Positions 61,699 to 64,000 of a stretch of 64,000 nt of DNA are shown in pieces. The stretch's first letter is position 1; every line of letters begins with the position of its first letter. A program made the position numbers and the translations under genes. Origin of the DNA: Hyaloraphidium curvatum SAG 235-1 (Eukaryota; Fungi; Monoblepharomycota); contig JAIVFI010000024.1 of assembly GCA_025558095.1 (NCBI GenBank), positions 310,001 through 374,000 of the forward strand, read 5' to 3'. The notes beneath the pieces were generated by a model. That model was not told the DNA's origin and did not search any database. It was given only the letters and a program-made list of their open reading frames with translations.

Positions 61699-63329
61699 AT
61701 GAAGCGCAAGCGCGCCGGGCGCGACGAGCCCGACTTCTCGCCGTCCGCTTCCTCCGACGAAGCCAGCCCGGACCTCCCCTCCCCCTCCTTCGGCTCCGGC
61801 TCCGACGACGCATGGGGCTCCGAGGACGGCGCCGGTGCGGGCGCCCAGGGGACCGACCGCAGGCGCGAGAAGAAGCGCCGGGCGCTCAAGGACAAGGCGA
61901 TGAAGGCCAAGTACAAGCCCAAGGCGGAGGTGTCGACGACGGACGTCAAGAAGCGGATCCGGGACACGGAGAGGCTGCTCTCGCGGGTGGGCTACCTCGG
62001 AGGCCGTGGAAGGCGGATTTGGGGTTCTGATGGGCGCCGTGGCAGCCGAATTTGCCGGCAGATGTGCAGCAGGACCTCGAGCGGAGGCTGAGGGCGCTCC
62101 AGGCCACGCTGCCGACCGTGACGGAGCAGGTCTACGACAAGGAGACGTCGAAAAAGAACTACGAAAAGTACAAGTACGTCCGCTTTGTTGGTAGGTCTCC
62201 GTGGCGTGTGCTTGGACCGGCCGGATGTTGACGTTGCCAAAGAACGGCAAAAGGTCACCCGGAAGCTGAAGCAGGTCGAGAAGCGGCTGCGTAAAGCGGA
62301 AGAGGACGGCGAGGACGCGGACGAGCTTCGGCAGGAGAAGGAGGGCCTCGAAGTGGACCTCGCATATACCCTGGTGGGTCGGAAATCTGTTCGGCGGCGC
62401 GGCTCGTAATCATTGACACCGGATGTCGTCAGAACTACCCCCTCCTGTTCAAGTACGTCTCCCTCTACCCCGTCACCCACCAGCCCGGGGAAAAAACCCC
62501 CTCCACCTCCGAAACCCGGCGCTCCGACGTGCTCCGCGACACGGTGCGCGCCGAGATCCGCCGGCGCACCGAGGCCGGCGCCGAGCTCGCGCAGGAGGCG
62601 GTCGGGTTCGCGGTCCGCAAGGCGCTCAAGCTGGGACATCCCGAACTGTTTCCGGAGCTGCTCAAAGCGAAGAAGGGGGTGCCGCCCAAGGGCGGCGCGG
62701 CAGCGAAGGAGGATGGAGGGAGGGCGTCGGAGAGCCCGCCGCCAGGGAAGCCCGCAAGGGCTAAAGCGACAACGGAGGGAAAGGCGACGGAGAAGCCGAA
62801 GAAGGACAAGACCGCCGGAGGCCCGATTGGAGGGAAGCCGGCCAACGCGCAACGTGCCGGCGCGGAGAGGCCGCAGAAACGCCCGAAGCAGGAACCGCCG
62901 GCACCGAACCCCTTTGCGGACGACGACTTTTTTGTCCTCGACGACGACGACGATCGGGCGTTGGAACCCGGTCGGGAGATCCCCGAGGCCGGGGACGTCC
63001 TGGGGGATGGTGCTGCGGACGATGGTTTCTTCCCGAAGCGGCGCGGCGGGAAGAAGCTGCGCAAGGAGGAGAATGCGGGGAACGGCGAGGCAAAGAGCTC
63101 CGCAGGCGATCCGCCAGCATCCTTGGGGCCGTACCGCGGACGAGGTCGAGGGAATTTTGGGGGGGGAGGACGTGGAGGCGGCCGCGGGGGTGGTTCTAAT
63201 TCGGGATCTCATGCCGGGACGAGCCGTGGATCCTTCAGGGGACGCGGTGGAGGTGATCGGAGAGGACGGGGTGGTGGAGGCAGAGGCGGGAACTGGAAAC
63301 CGAAGCTGGGTGGTTCCAAATTCGAGTAG
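61699..63329 (+). CDS. EFG1: rRNA-processing protein Efg1 with RGG-rich tail
   Basis: KKRIRDTERLL|PNLPADV..DLERRL, KYKYVRFV|ERQKVTRKLKQ, VDLAYTL|NYP..FKYVSLYP. Confidence 0.85.
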
Positions 63330-63382
63330 CTTCCTCCGCTGCTGAATAAAAACATAAAGAGCCCAAGCCACCGTCCCCGAGA

Positions 63383-64000
63383 CTAGAAGATCCTGCATCC
63401 GCAAAGGCTGTTGGCCTCCTCGTCGTCCTCTTCGCCTTTGCGATCCTTCTTGATGGCGTTCGCGACTTCTTTTGCAGCCCGCAGCCCCGTCTCGTATGCT
63501 GAAGACGACCGAATAAGCACAAAGATCGCGAGCAAACACCGTTTCGCCCACCTGCGTGCTGGTAACTGAAGGAGCGCAGGCTTGTGTGCTCGCCGGCAAA
63601 AAAGATGCGCTCCTTGCCGTCCGCCCCGTTGACCGGCCTGGCGATCTCACGCAGGTGCGCCTCGGCCTCGGTGCGCCCGCCCATGTCCAGGCCGATGTAC
63701 GAGTAGGAGCCCATGGAGTAGGGATCCGAGTGCCAGCGGGTGACGATGACGTCCACGGGATCCGGGATCGGATGCCCCGGGAAGACGCGGTACCTGAGGT
63801 GGTGCATGATGATCTGCTTGACCTTCTCGTCGCTCAGTTTCTCGATCGCGTTCTGCGAGCAAAGCGTGCGTCGGTCCCTGCATCTAGCTGCGTGCATGCG
63901 ACCACCCACGGCAAAGCTTGTGGAGGTCCAGGCTGCGAGCACCGGAGGGAACTTGTGCTTCTTGCTCGACGAGCCCTCGGGGGACGACGGCCTCATGTGA
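63383..64000 (-). CDS. Flavin amine oxidase (polyamine oxidase-like), 3' part only
   Basis: VTRWHSDPYSMGSYSY, IFFAGEHT, HA|AYETGLRAAKEV; ends SLCGCRIF*. Truncated by the window edge. Confidence 0.85.

Overview
GC-rich, gene-dense eukaryotic DNA with many short spliceosomal introns (mostly ~50-70 nt, GT-AG with CTGAC-type branch sites, some GC-AG), so the supplied ORF track fragments most genes. A Zn2Cys6 (Rds2/AcuM-type) factor together with SLBP, ZW10, TOP3B, TRIP4, DNAJC9 and PTPDC1 points to an early-diverging, chytrid-like fungus (inference; species not identifiable from sequence alone). About 30 genes could be reconstructed by eye, including a hidden 25-aa RPL41. Most notable: (1) a Gln/Ala-rich, NLS-bearing protein containing a ParB-type HTH plus a phage-type Dam N6-adenine methyltransferase fold whose catalytic NPPY reads NVSY, a candidate domesticated or pseudo-methylase DNA/6mA-binding factor (56008-59459); (2) a ~7.6 kb palindromic cassette in which two ~2.4 kb inverted arms, each carrying the same orphan gene and nearly identical internally but decaying outward, flank a single gene encoding two fused PhyH-type Fe/2OG dioxygenase domains, next to bacterial-looking TIMP-like and Dcp genes (38-49 kb); (3) a histone stem-loop binding protein (SLBP) carrying ARS2-type EEGEI motifs and a SLIP1-type WAD motif; (4) splicing oddities (5- and 6-nt microexons, GC donors, a triplicated intron in PHF5A, a branch-point-occluding hairpin in RPL41, a long structured RPT6 intron). 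All homology calls come from motif recognition, not database searches, and coordinates are hand-counted.
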